DNA from: Candidatus Electronema sp.
GTDB taxonomy: Bacteria; Desulfobacterota; Desulfobulbia; Desulfobulbales; Desulfobulbaceae
Reading direction: 5' to 3'
DNA length: 40,000 nt
Assembly: GCA_026645415.1 (NCBI GenBank)
Contig: JAPEVH010000061.1
Span: 1-40,000, forward strand
A program made the translations under genes and the position numbers. How positions within the stretch are numbered: position 1 is the stretch's first letter; each line of letters starts with the position of its first letter. The notes below the pieces were generated by a model. That model had not been told where the DNA came from. It worked only from the letters and a program-made list of their open reading frames with translations, and searched no databases. Shown piece by piece: positions 17,332-25,999 of the stretch.

Positions 17332-17613
17332 TCAATATACTTCATCATGTGTGCCAACTGCTTCCAGCAAAATTGCCTCGTTGACTGAGTCATCCACAAA
17401 AGAAAAGACTATTCTCAAATCGTAGGCAACACTGCACGCCCACGATCCTTCAAGATTTCCTTTTACTTTATGCGTTTTCAGAGATGGATGGAAAGCATCC
17501 GTAGCAAGTAGCTCCAATACTGTGCGGAAGCTGGCTGCCAAATGAGGCTTCTTTTTAAGGAGCTGTTTTGCGCTCCGAGCAAACGCGCTGGACTTCAGCA
17601 GAGGTCTGTTCAT
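17332..17613 (-). CDS. Type II toxin, RelE/ParE superfamily (YafQ/RelE-like mRNA interferase)
   Basis: 93 aa with a typical family pattern: HPSLKTHKVKGNLEGSWACSVAYDLRIVFSF...ILLEAVGTHDEVY. It overlaps the upstream small gene by 4 nt. Confidence 0.8.
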   Translation of the reverse strand: MNRPLLKSSAFARSAKQLLKKKPHLAASFRTVLELLATDAFHPSLKTHKVKGNLEGSWACSVAYDLRIVFSFVDDSVNEAILLEAVGTHDEVY

Positions 17614-17840
17614 AACAGAAGCGACTGCATGATCTCATCAGGATTTTCAGGATGCAGCTTGCCAGCTTTGTGTTCTTCTCTCGCCAAAGCAACAAGCGAA
17701 GCAATTTCCTGTCGGCGACTATTTGCTATTCGCCTGCGAATAACATCAATGAGAGATTCCTGTTCCTCTAACGAGAGATTGTCAGCAGCTTCCAATATTT
17801 CATTGAATGAAATAGCTTGATTCATAAGACATATCAACAT
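17610..17840 (-). CDS. Cognate antitoxin (small acidic/helical protein; alternative ATG at 17825)
   Basis: 71-76 aa, located immediately upstream of the toxin and overlapping it by 4 nt. Its helical, charged sequence (LSLEEQESLIDVIRRRIANSRRQEI) is typical of such partners. Confidence 0.65.
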   Translation of the reverse strand: MLICLMNQAISFNEILEAADNLSLEEQESLIDVIRRRIANSRRQEIASLVALAREEHKAGKLHPENPDEIMQSLLL

Positions 17841-17887
17841 TTTATTTTTGTTCTATATCCCGGCTTAGGGAATTCACTACACAGGAA

Positions 17888-18265
17888 TCAACCATACACC
17901 TTGGCTGGGTCAAAGACCAGCTCGCCTTGTACTTCCAGTTCTTCGCCCTGTACTTTGCGATAAAAGCAACTTTTATATCCGGTATGGCAAGCTGCTCCAC
18001 CGAGCTGTTCAACTTTAAATACCACAGTATCTAAGTCACAATCCACGAAAATTTCTTTCACAATCTGCACATGGCCGGAAGATTCTCCTTTCAGCCAGAG
18101 CTTGCTGCGCGAGCGACTCCAATAATGCACCTTACCGGTTTCCAAAGTTTTCTGCCAAGATTCTTGATTGATATAGGCCAACATCAGGATTTCGCCAGTG
18201 GCTGCGTCCTGCGCAATAGCCGGGAGAAGGCCATCAACGGCTTTCGTGAAATTAAGATCGAGCAT
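17888..18265 (-). CDS. hisI: Phosphoribosyl-AMP cyclohydrolase (monofunctional)
   Basis: 125 aa. Motifs: [70 protein letters not shown]. Confidence 0.92.
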   Translation of the reverse strand: MLDLNFTKAVDGLLPAIAQDAATGEILMLAYINQESWQKTLETGKVHYWSRSRSKLWLKGESSGHVQIVKEIFVDCDLDTVVFKVEQLGGAACHTGYKSCFYRKVQGEELEVQGELVFDPAKVYG

Positions 18266-18296
18266 TTTCGTCTAAAAAAATAAGGAAACAATATGT

Positions 18297-18818
18297 TCAG
18301 TATATCTGAAAGATAAACCATGCCACCATAATTCCGGCAAGAAACATTTTGGCGGCCACTCCACTGATAAAACCGAGAAAAGAGCCAATGCCGGAATGAA
18401 GAGCCTGCTTAATCTGCTCACCCATCAACAACTCGCCGACAATAGCACCAAGCAGCGGGCCAATCAAAATACCCAGCGGGCCGATAACAAAAACCAGCAG
18501 CGAACCAAGAGCTGCCCCCCATGCTGCTGCCTTAGAGCCGCCAAATTTTCGTACCCCCCAAGCAGTGGCAAGAAAATCAATTACGTAGCCAAGAGCAATC
18601 AATACACCTTGACCAATAAAGAACCAGAGCGAGAGGCTATCAAAGCCGGTAATCAGACCATACACTAAGAAACCACCTGCAATGAGAATGGTGCCGGGCA
18701 AGGCTGGAAAGACGATACCCATAAATCCAGCAACGATCAAGGGCATTGCAGCCAGAAAGGCCCAGCAATGGACATTAGCAAAGGTGGCCGCATACAAGGA
18801 GTAAAGCCAGTCAGTCAT
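18297..18818 (-). CDS. DUF456-family inner-membrane protein (the ORF track extends to a TTG at 18854)
   Basis: Gly-rich multi-TM protein (FPALPGTILIAGGFLVYG, GSLLVFVIGPLGILIGPLLGAIVGE). The ATG at 18818 has a GGAGG 13 nt upstream. Confidence 0.7.
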   Translation of the reverse strand: MTDWLYSLYAATFANVHCWAFLAAMPLIVAGFMGIVFPALPGTILIAGGFLVYGLITGFDSLSLWFFIGQGVLIALGYVIDFLATAWGVRKFGGSKAAAWGAALGSLLVFVIGPLGILIGPLLGAIVGELLMGEQIKQALHSGIGSFLGFISGVAAKMFLAGIMVAWFIFQIY

Positions 18819-18917
18819 AAATGAAGCAGTACCTCCAAATATGCGGAAGGTCAAAAGAGAGAAGGCTCAAGACAAAGTGTCGTCCTGAGCCTTGGAAAAA
18901 TTGCCACCCGCAAGCAA

Positions 18918-19832
18918 TTACTGTTTCTGAGCTGGTGCTTGGTTTTGCTCAGGCAGGAGCATTTTCTGCTTCATTTTATTTTTTTCCCTGTAATTTTTTT
19001 GGGAAATCTGTGAAATGAGCACATTGTTATTGATTCTACAGTTTTTGAGGTCATTGCCAGTTTGCTCAAGAGCTGCACCTCGCTCCTCAACCATTTTCTC
19101 TAAGCCAATAACCTGAGCACGGAGCGTATCTGCATCAGTAAGCACTTTGTCGCGCTCTTCTTCCAGTTGCTGATTGGCTGCTTCTGCATCTTTCAGCTCA
19201 CCCTGAAGCTTCTCCATGTCAGTGACCTGCACTTTACACGCCTTAAGCTGCTTCTGCTCCTGCTCAATGATTTGTGCAGCACCAGTCAGCTTTTGTTCCT
19301 GCTCTTCCAATGCGGTTTTCTGCTGAGAAAGCTGTTGCTCCAATGCGGTCTTTTGTTGAGAAAACTGTTTTTCCAAGCCTGTTTTTTCTTCAGCACACTG
19401 TATAGAGAGACTCTCCATTTGTGCCTGCATTGCTTGCTGCTTCTTAGCCGCTTCTGCTGTTGAAGATTTTTTCATCTCCTCAGTAGCCTTCAGCAGATTT
19501 TCTTTCTCGCTCTGAAGAGCCTTGACAGCTTCTTCCTGCGCTGCTGTTTTCTCTGCCAAAGATTGGCTTCCCTCTTGCAGCTCATTTATCTTCTGTTGCG
19601 CATTGCTTAAACGACTCTGCGCTTGTTTTAGCTCATCTTTTTGCCGCTCCATCTCTGCTCGCAGCTCGCCGCTGATTTTAACAGCATCTTTGCTCTCTTT
19701 GACCTGAGTCTGCAAAGCTACTTTGTCTCTGACAAGCTGCTTACGTTTCCCAGCCTCATTTTGTCCCCAAATTGCTGAAATCAGCATTAGCGCAACAAGC
19801 GCCGCAATAACAAAGTTTTTGTTGATCTGCAT
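18918..19832 (-). CDS. N-terminally anchored coiled-coil protein (Gln/Glu/Lys/Ala-rich)
   Basis: 304 aa. An N-terminal hydrophobic segment (FVIAALVALMLISAIWG) is followed by continuous heptad-like low-complexity sequence. There is an internal 33-bp tandem duplication at 19308-19373. Confidence 0.6.
   Translation of the reverse strand: MQINKNFVIAALVALMLISAIWGQNEAGKRKQLVRDKVALQTQVKESKDAVKISGELRAEMERQKDELKQAQSRLSNAQQKINELQEGSQSLAEKTAAQEEAVKALQSEKENLLKATEEMKKSSTAEAAKKQQAMQAQMESLSIQCAEEKTGLEKQFSQQKTALEQQLSQQKTALEEQEQKLTGAAQIIEQEQKQLKACKVQVTDMEKLQGELKDAEAANQQLEEERDKVLTDADTLRAQVIGLEKMVEERGAALEQTGNDLKNCRINNNVLISQISQKNYREKNKMKQKMLLPEQNQAPAQKQ
19308..19373. repeat. Tandem 33-bp coding duplication inside the coiled-coil gene
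   Basis: Units 19308-19340 and 19341-19373 are identical at 27/33 positions. They encode the reiterated LSQQKTALE segment. Confidence 0.7.
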
Positions 19833-19878
19833 TGTCCTGCTCCTGTTGAATTAACCTGTTTTTTGTCCAACGCCCTGT

Positions 19879-21549
19879 TTAGCCTTTGCCAGTTCCTGCT
19901 AGTTCTTTATCCACACTGTTCAGATTACGCCGCACTTTGTCCTCCATGCGTGAACGGGGATATTTCCGCAGAATGTCTTCCAGCAAAGCCTTGGAAGAGC
20001 GTAACAGTGCTTTTTTGGCTGAAGGGTCTGCGGTAGTATCAGCCTGTTGAAATAATTCAGCGGCTTTTTTGCGGAGATCTTCGGCCGCAAGCTGCTCCGC
20101 CTCTTCAATTTTGCTCTCTGCCTTGACTGCAAAGGAAGTGCCGGACAATTTGGAAAAGAGGCTAACCGACTCATCATATTTACCCTGTTGCAGCAGCAAA
20201 ATTCCCTTATCCCATAATTCCTGCAACGCATCACCAGGCTCAGGCAGAGGAGCAGGAGAGGCATTTTGTGCAACGTGATCCGGCGCAAACGATTGGGCAG
20301 TTTCAGTAGCAGAGGTCAGTTCTGCTTTTTTCTGACGAATGGTATCCTGTTTGTCTAACGGAAGAATATCTAAAGGCACTTGCTCTAGCCGTTCCAAGGC
20401 TTCTTTTTGCTTTCCTTGTTCTTGGAGTCGATCCGCCTCATCCAGTAAATCCTCAAACCACTGCTCCGCCTTTTTTCCAACCTGCTGTGAGAGACGTTCT
20501 GCATCCTTCAGCAAGAGAGAATCTTGATGCAGGCGAATAAATTCAGTTGCCTGCTGGACAATTGTAAAGCCATCCCTCTCAGGATTGTAGGACAGGCAGC
20601 CGAGCAAAAGATCCGCATAGGCTTCTAGCTCGTCCCGACGAGTAACAGAAGTAGCTAAGGCTGCCAATTGTCTGCTGTACCGATCCGATGAACTATCTAT
20701 CCGCCGTAGTTCCTCATATTTCACCCGCGCAGCAGAAAAATCACGCAGGGCAAAGTCGAGATCAGCAAGCATTGCCAGTATTTTAATCTCCATCTGCTGA
20801 TTTTCTTGCTGGCGAACCTCGGCAAGGAGATTACTTAAAAGACGTTTGGCCTCCTCTTTTTGGCCTGCTTGTAACAACGCGAGACCATGCTTGTAACGAC
20901 TGCCACTGTCATCTTGCCCTGCATTATTGCTTACGGTTTTGCTCGTATCATAAGCTGCCGGAAGCTGAGAGGCTGTTTCTTCTTGCTGAGTATTTGGAGT
21001 AATGTTTTGGCTGCTAGGAGTGCTTAATTTTTCAAAAAGTTGTGGACAGGCTCCTTCCAGATAGGCAATATCTTTCCCTTTAAACTCTTGTAACGATTTG
21101 AAAAGCAGTGCTCTGGAAGCCTCCATAGATTTTTCTTGCAGCAACTTTTCTTGCAGTCCTTTATAAGCCTCTTGTAGATCAGCAACTGTATTACGACAAG
21201 TAATGATCTGCTCAATTTCGTTGGAACTAAGTCGCAAGGTATCTTGACTATTGCCTATTTTTTGCCAATCTGCAAGTTTTTGTCCATACGAAGTAATACG
21301 CCCATTAATGGTAGCCAAGGCAGGCTCTATCACCTGTTTTTCGTATGCAGCCTGCTCTTCTGGGCTGAAGCTCGGCTCCTGTGGCGCAGTGGACAGTGTT
21401 TGCGCCTCAGCCGCAGGGCCAGATTTATCAGGATGAAGCTGGCCTTCAATACCGGTAGAAGGTAAGCAGCCACTTAGAAGCAGCGGAGCGGCCAGCCCCA
21501 AAAGCAACAGACTTCGGCCACGCAGAACAGTAGCAGATGAAAGGAACAT
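19879..21549 (-). CDS. TPR-like / coiled-coil lipoprotein
   Basis: 556 aa. Signal peptide with lipobox LLLSG|C. TPR-like helices include YKHGLALLQAGQKEEAKRLLSNLL and WDKGILLLQQGKYDESVSLFSKL. Confidence 0.65.
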   Translation of the reverse strand: MFLSSATVLRGRSLLLLGLAAPLLLSGCLPSTGIEGQLHPDKSGPAAEAQTLSTAPQEPSFSPEEQAAYEKQVIEPALATINGRITSYGQKLADWQKIGNSQDTLRLSSNEIEQIITCRNTVADLQEAYKGLQEKLLQEKSMEASRALLFKSLQEFKGKDIAYLEGACPQLFEKLSTPSSQNITPNTQQEETASQLPAAYDTSKTVSNNAGQDDSGSRYKHGLALLQAGQKEEAKRLLSNLLAEVRQQENQQMEIKILAMLADLDFALRDFSAARVKYEELRRIDSSSDRYSRQLAALATSVTRRDELEAYADLLLGCLSYNPERDGFTIVQQATEFIRLHQDSLLLKDAERLSQQVGKKAEQWFEDLLDEADRLQEQGKQKEALERLEQVPLDILPLDKQDTIRQKKAELTSATETAQSFAPDHVAQNASPAPLPEPGDALQELWDKGILLLQQGKYDESVSLFSKLSGTSFAVKAESKIEEAEQLAAEDLRKKAAELFQQADTTADPSAKKALLRSSKALLEDILRKYPRSRMEDKVRRNLNSVDKELAGTGKG

Positions 21550-21685
21550 TATTTAAACTGAGATGTATTATTTGTCAGTTGTGGTGCCGTCCGCGAGAAA
21601 TCATCACCGCATCAGACGAAACCAAAAAAGAAATTATCAGAAAACAGCAGCCGTTACAATGGCTTTTTTGTAAAAAAAAATGATT

Positions 21686-22378
21686 TCAGACCTCTTTCAG
21701 CCCTGATAGTAGCCATTTTGCTTGGGGTTGGATACGCTGAATATACTGATCCAAGAGCGTCTGAAACTCCTGTCTATCCAGTTCCCGGCTACCAAAACGG
21801 AGAAGATGAGACGTGGTCATCTGGCAATCTATAGCTTGAATGCCTGTCTGTTGGGCATGTTTGACTAAAGCAACCAAAGCCACTTTTGAGGCATTGCTTT
21901 GGCGACTGAACATCGACTCACCAAAGAAAAAACGATCAAGACAGATTCCATACAAGCCACCAACCAGTAGACCATCTCTTCGACATTCAATAGAATGAGC
22001 AAAACCCAGCTCATGTAAACGGATATAGGCGGCCTGCATTTCTGAGGTTATCCACGTGCCGCTTTCCTGTCGCATTGCTGCACAAGCACCAATTACCTCG
22101 GCAAAGGCTGTGTCCGCAGTCACCTCAAAGACCTGTTGGCGAATAGTGCGGGCCAACCGCTTAGGCAAATGAAATTCCTCTGGCAGCAGAACCAGACGCG
22201 GCACAGGTGACCACCAAAGAATTGGCTCCTTGCCAGAATACCAAGGAAAAATTCCTTGCTCATAAGCACAAAGCAAGCGAGCAGGGGAAAGATCGCCGCC
22301 CACAGCCAGTAAACCATCTGGTTCGGCCAAGTCTGTAGCTGGAAAGACAATCTCTTTGCTCAGGCGAAAAACAGGCAT
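21686..22378 (-). CDS. aat: Leucyl/phenylalanyl-tRNA--protein transferase
   Basis: 230 aa. Motifs: GGDLSPARLLCAYEQGIFPWY, PILWWSPVPR, LVGGLYGICLDRFFFGESMFS. Its start shares one nucleotide with the upstream stop (TAATG at 22376-22380). Confidence 0.9.
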   Translation of the reverse strand: MPVFRLSKEIVFPATDLAEPDGLLAVGGDLSPARLLCAYEQGIFPWYSGKEPILWWSPVPRLVLLPEEFHLPKRLARTIRQQVFEVTADTAFAEVIGACAAMRQESGTWITSEMQAAYIRLHELGFAHSIECRRDGLLVGGLYGICLDRFFFGESMFSRQSNASKVALVALVKHAQQTGIQAIDCQMTTSHLLRFGSRELDRQEFQTLLDQYIQRIQPQAKWLLSGLKEV

Positions 22379-24027
22379 TAGCCGATCAAACAGGTTTTAC
22401 GGCGCAGCTCTTCAATCAGCACAGACTCATTTTCTGCATAGTCAACTGGCAGCTCGATCAGATGCACACCTGTACTGCTCAGACAATGAGGCAGTATCTC
22501 GGCGAGCTGATGTTTTGCCGAAACCCGCCAGCCATGCGCCCCATAGCTCTCCGCATATTTGACAAAATCTGGATTACCAAAATCTAAGCCAAAATCTGGC
22601 AAGCCCATGCCTGCCTGTTTCCACTTGATCATACCAAGGCCATTGTCGCGGAGAAGCAAGATCGTCAGATCAAGGTTAAGGCGAATGGCGGTTTCCAATT
22701 CCTGTGAATTCATCATAAAACCACCATCACCACAAATTGCCACTACTTTCCGTTCTGGGAAAAGCATTTTTGCAGCAATAGCGACAGGCAGACCTGCGCC
22801 CATCGTTGCTAGGGCATTATCCAGCAGCAAAGAACGGGAATCTGTAGAGCGGTAGTTCCGGGCAAACCAAATCTTGTACATCCCATTGTCTAAGGAGAGG
22901 ATGCTATCTTTACCCAGCAGCTCGCGCAGCACTTTGGTCAACTGTTGCGGGGTGTAGGGAAAGGCTAAAGGTAGGTTCCGCTGATAGACATTTTTGTCGA
23001 TTTCTTTTTTCAGCAGGCTGAAATAGCCACCTCCGGCCAGCGAATCAGGTGTAATTAACTCGGCTAACCGTTCAACGGAATCAGCAATATCACCAATAAC
23101 CTCATGTTGGGGAAAGTAAACTTCGTCAAAAACTGCACTGAAATAGCTAATATGAATAACTTGTACGCCATCCCGCCGCATAAAAAAAGGCGGCTTTTCC
23201 ACCACATCATGACCAATATTGATAATCACGTCTGCCTTGGCAATGGCACAGTGCAGGTAGTCATGGTCTGATAAGGCTGCTGTGCCAAGACAACGGGGAT
23301 GGAATTCATCTGCCGCGCCTTTGCCCATTTGAGTGGAAAAGAAGTGAATGCCTGTTCGTTCAATAAACTTACCTAAAGCAGCTCCTGTTTGATGACGGTT
23401 AGCAACCGAAGCAATCAGCAAAAGAGGATTCTTTGCTTGACTAATAATGGCAGCGACTTGGCGCAGTGCTTCTTCCGAAGCGAGCGAGGCAGGAATGTCT
23501 GAGACTGGAAAGGGTTGAGCAGCTTCTGAAACCTGCTCGGCAGCGATGTCCTCCGGTAACTCCAAATGTACAGGGCCAGCCTTTTCCTGCACTGCTGTAC
23601 GAAACGCCTCACGAGTTAGGGCCGCAATGGAGTCTGCGCTGACTATCTGCCGTGTCATTTTGGTGATCGGAGCCATCATCGAAACTACATTGATGATCTG
23701 AAAGCGGCCTTGCTTCGACGTTTTGATCGGCTTTTGCCCAGTAATAAAGAGACAGGGCATACCACCAAGAAAGGCATAGGCTGTACTGGTGACAAAGTTT
23801 GTTGCTCCTGGTCCCAAGGTAGCAAGGCAGACCCCCGGCTTACCAGTTAAGCGGCCGTAGGTAGCAGCCATAAAGCCAGCAGCCTGCTCATGCCGGGTCA
23901 GGATAAGTCGGATTTTAGAAGTGCGCAATGCCTCTAAGAAGGCTAAGTTTTCCTCGCCAGGAATGCCAAAAATGCAGGTAACTCCCTCGTTTTCTAAGCA
24001 GCGCACTAAGAGTTCTGCTCCATTCAT
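22378..24027 (-). CDS. Thiamine-pyrophosphate-dependent enzyme, acetolactate-synthase (AlsS)-like
   Basis: 549 aa. N-terminal Pyr domain: GAELLVRCLENEGVTCIFGIPGEENLAFLEAL, RHEQAAGFMAATYGRLTGKPGVCLATLGPGATN. C-terminal TPP motif: GDGGFMMNSQELETA. Confidence 0.85.
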   Translation of the reverse strand: MNGAELLVRCLENEGVTCIFGIPGEENLAFLEALRTSKIRLILTRHEQAAGFMAATYGRLTGKPGVCLATLGPGATNFVTSTAYAFLGGMPCLFITGQKPIKTSKQGRFQIINVVSMMAPITKMTRQIVSADSIAALTREAFRTAVQEKAGPVHLELPEDIAAEQVSEAAQPFPVSDIPASLASEEALRQVAAIISQAKNPLLLIASVANRHQTGAALGKFIERTGIHFFSTQMGKGAADEFHPRCLGTAALSDHDYLHCAIAKADVIINIGHDVVEKPPFFMRRDGVQVIHISYFSAVFDEVYFPQHEVIGDIADSVERLAELITPDSLAGGGYFSLLKKEIDKNVYQRNLPLAFPYTPQQLTKVLRELLGKDSILSLDNGMYKIWFARNYRSTDSRSLLLDNALATMGAGLPVAIAAKMLFPERKVVAICGDGGFMMNSQELETAIRLNLDLTILLLRDNGLGMIKWKQAGMGLPDFGLDFGNPDFVKYAESYGAHGWRVSAKHQLAEILPHCLSSTGVHLIELPVDYAENESVLIEELRRKTCLIG

Positions 24028-25703
24028 TGCCGCTTCTCCTTCTTTGTCCTGTTCAAACCGATTTCTTGAAAATGAACAGTTGATCGTTCTCTGGTCCAGA
24101 AATACATAGGATTTCCAGTATCATCACTCTCTACCCAGAAGAGGCTAAAGCGACCCGGTTGCGCTAATTTTTTACGAACTTGGCAATCAACAATGTAACC
24201 GGGTGTTTGTGCTGTTTCCCAGAGTCGATTCATCCGGCTACCATCCCAGCTTAGAGCAACGATTGATGCTCCTTCAAAGTAACGAAGGTATTTGAAAAAT
24301 CTAACATGAGTAACCTGATTTTTGCTAATGATAATTTCTGGTTTGCCGTCGCTAGTGAGATCTTGAGCAATAATACGGGTGTGCAGATAGTTCCTCTGCC
24401 GGTCAGCATAAGGTTGATCAAGATCAGCCCGTCGCCTACTGGCTACGGTGCCAAGAGCATCACGACTGGCTCCGTAAATATTCTCACTCTTCCAGATGGT
24501 TCTACCTGTCTGATCCAAGACCAGTAGTTTATTGTCTTCTGTCAGGCCAACAAAGTCGAGCCGACCATCCTTGTTCAAATCAACTCGGATAAAATCATAC
24601 AAACCAAGACCAGCCGGAACAGTAACTTGCTCCGCCGGATTTAGTTTGCCATCCCGACTACGAGTCAGTCGATATATGGCACCGTTAGCCTGACCAAGCA
24701 ATACCGATTTTCCGGTCGCATCTTTATCTGGACGGAGATAATACGGTACCTGCCAGTTCAACAAGCGAAATTGCGTTCCATCCCATTCCAGTATTAAGGA
24801 GGAGGGACTGTCGCCACTGCTCGCAGATATATATATTTCTTGTCGACCATTGTTATCTAAATCGGCAAGATAAACTGCATGCAGACCAAGATAGCCGGGG
24901 AGTTGGTATTCAGCAAGAGGACGGAAACGATCATCGTTACCAGCACGGAGCAAGAGAAGCCGACCATGCTCTAGGAGAACAAACTCTTCCTTTCCATCGC
25001 CGTCCACATCGCCTGCGTCCATTGCTTGAAAAGAATTGGACAATTCACTACTGTTCCTTGCAGAGAGTACTCGAAATGCGCCCACTTCTCCCAAAGAGCT
25101 AGGTGAGCTGGGTACCGCAGCTTGGATTTCCTTTCGCCACATTTTATCTGGATGGGCAGTCTGAAAGCCGACCATGCTATCTTGACTTGCGCTTGGGACT
25201 TGTGCTGCCTCTGTCTTTACATGGAAGATTGTATTTGCTATTTCCGTTGCAAGATCGTCTAAGACAGGAATAACTTTGTCTAAGGAGTCAACGGTGCGGG
25301 TAAAAGAAGTCGCTCCTGCCTTACTTGCACCGAGCACCTGAATAAAAAGGGTATAGCTGCTCCCTTGTTGCTCTAAGCTGCCGAGCACAAGCTGGCTCCC
25401 CTGCATCTTTTTCAGGATTTTTTTTGCTTCCTGTGGCTGTCCACTTTGAAGCATAGCTTCGAGTTGACCAGTTTTATCAGCTCCATATACTGTTTCCTGT
25501 CCACTACGCTCGCTCAGGCGGCTCGCCAAAATGCTGGTTAGCCCAGCACGGAGATGCTCTTTTGGCTGCTCCGTACTCACTTTGAACGGAAGAAAAATTA
25601 TTTTTTCCTGTCCAGCTATTATGTTGCCACTAATAGCTGCTATTGCCAAAACTGTTCCAAGCAGAATAAAAATCACCTGCCGGACAATGGTACCCTGCTT
25701 CAT
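24024..25703 (-). CDS. FG-GAP/VCBS-repeat protein with N-terminal signal-anchor
   Basis: 559 aa. N-terminal TM segment VIFILLGTVLAIAAI. Repeated Ca-binding-like motifs: DVDGDGKEEFVL, DLDNNGRQEIYI, DLNKDGRLDFVG, DLTSDGKPEIII. Its stop overlaps the TPP-enzyme start by 4 nt. Confidence 0.75.
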   Translation of the reverse strand: MKQGTIVRQVIFILLGTVLAIAAISGNIIAGQEKIIFLPFKVSTEQPKEHLRAGLTSILASRLSERSGQETVYGADKTGQLEAMLQSGQPQEAKKILKKMQGSQLVLGSLEQQGSSYTLFIQVLGASKAGATSFTRTVDSLDKVIPVLDDLATEIANTIFHVKTEAAQVPSASQDSMVGFQTAHPDKMWRKEIQAAVPSSPSSLGEVGAFRVLSARNSSELSNSFQAMDAGDVDGDGKEEFVLLEHGRLLLLRAGNDDRFRPLAEYQLPGYLGLHAVYLADLDNNGRQEIYISASSGDSPSSLILEWDGTQFRLLNWQVPYYLRPDKDATGKSVLLGQANGAIYRLTRSRDGKLNPAEQVTVPAGLGLYDFIRVDLNKDGRLDFVGLTEDNKLLVLDQTGRTIWKSENIYGASRDALGTVASRRRADLDQPYADRQRNYLHTRIIAQDLTSDGKPEIIISKNQVTHVRFFKYLRYFEGASIVALSWDGSRMNRLWETAQTPGYIVDCQVRKKLAQPGRFSLFWVESDDTGNPMYFWTRERSTVHFQEIGLNRTKKEKRQ

Positions 25704-25930
25704 ATTGAACCCCGATCATCCAATTTTTTACAGCTTCTCTATCTAAGGAAAGAGGCTAACGGACAGCCGTCTGGGAAAAATTATAAACGGAGTGCGAGCA
25801 AAACGGAAGCAAAGATCAGACTGCCTTTTACACAGTAAAGGTTTGCTATACGTATAACAGAGAGGAAGATAGACGGAGAAACAGCTAAATGCAAGCTAAG
25901 GAATGAGAAGGAAGACTCTTTACAGCGGAG

Positions 25931-25968
25931 AATAAAAAAACAGCCGGAACATAAAAATGCTCCGGCTG
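25931..25968 (-). terminator. Rho-independent terminator after the repeat-protein gene
   Basis: An 8-bp stem, CAGCCGGA (25941-25948) / TCCGGCTG (25961-25968), has a 12-nt loop. On the - strand it is followed by T7 (complement of A-run 25934-25940). It lies 32 nt after the stop codon. Confidence 0.65.
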
Positions 25969-25999
25969 TCAGAATCAAACGGATAAATGGTCCGCAGAT

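Noticed and set aside
13100-17900. The whole cassette-topB-TA stretch read as an integrated mobile element.
   Set aside because: There are no recombinase, transposase or conjugation genes and no terminal repeats. TopB has host-like composition. Only the 1.3-kb cassette is compositionally foreign.
19308-19373. A tandem 33-bp repeat considered as a CRISPR-like or VNTR element.
   Set aside because: There are only two imperfect units, in frame inside a coiled-coil CDS. It is a coding duplication, not a repeat-spacer array.
25704-25999. 65-aa (-) and 94-aa (+) ORFs in the 296-nt intergenic region; I also checked it for tRNA or ncRNA.
   Set aside because: The ORFs have no SD, overlap the terminator hairpin, and have odd composition. 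I saw no tRNA-like T-arm or anticodon structure and no recognisable ncRNA motif.
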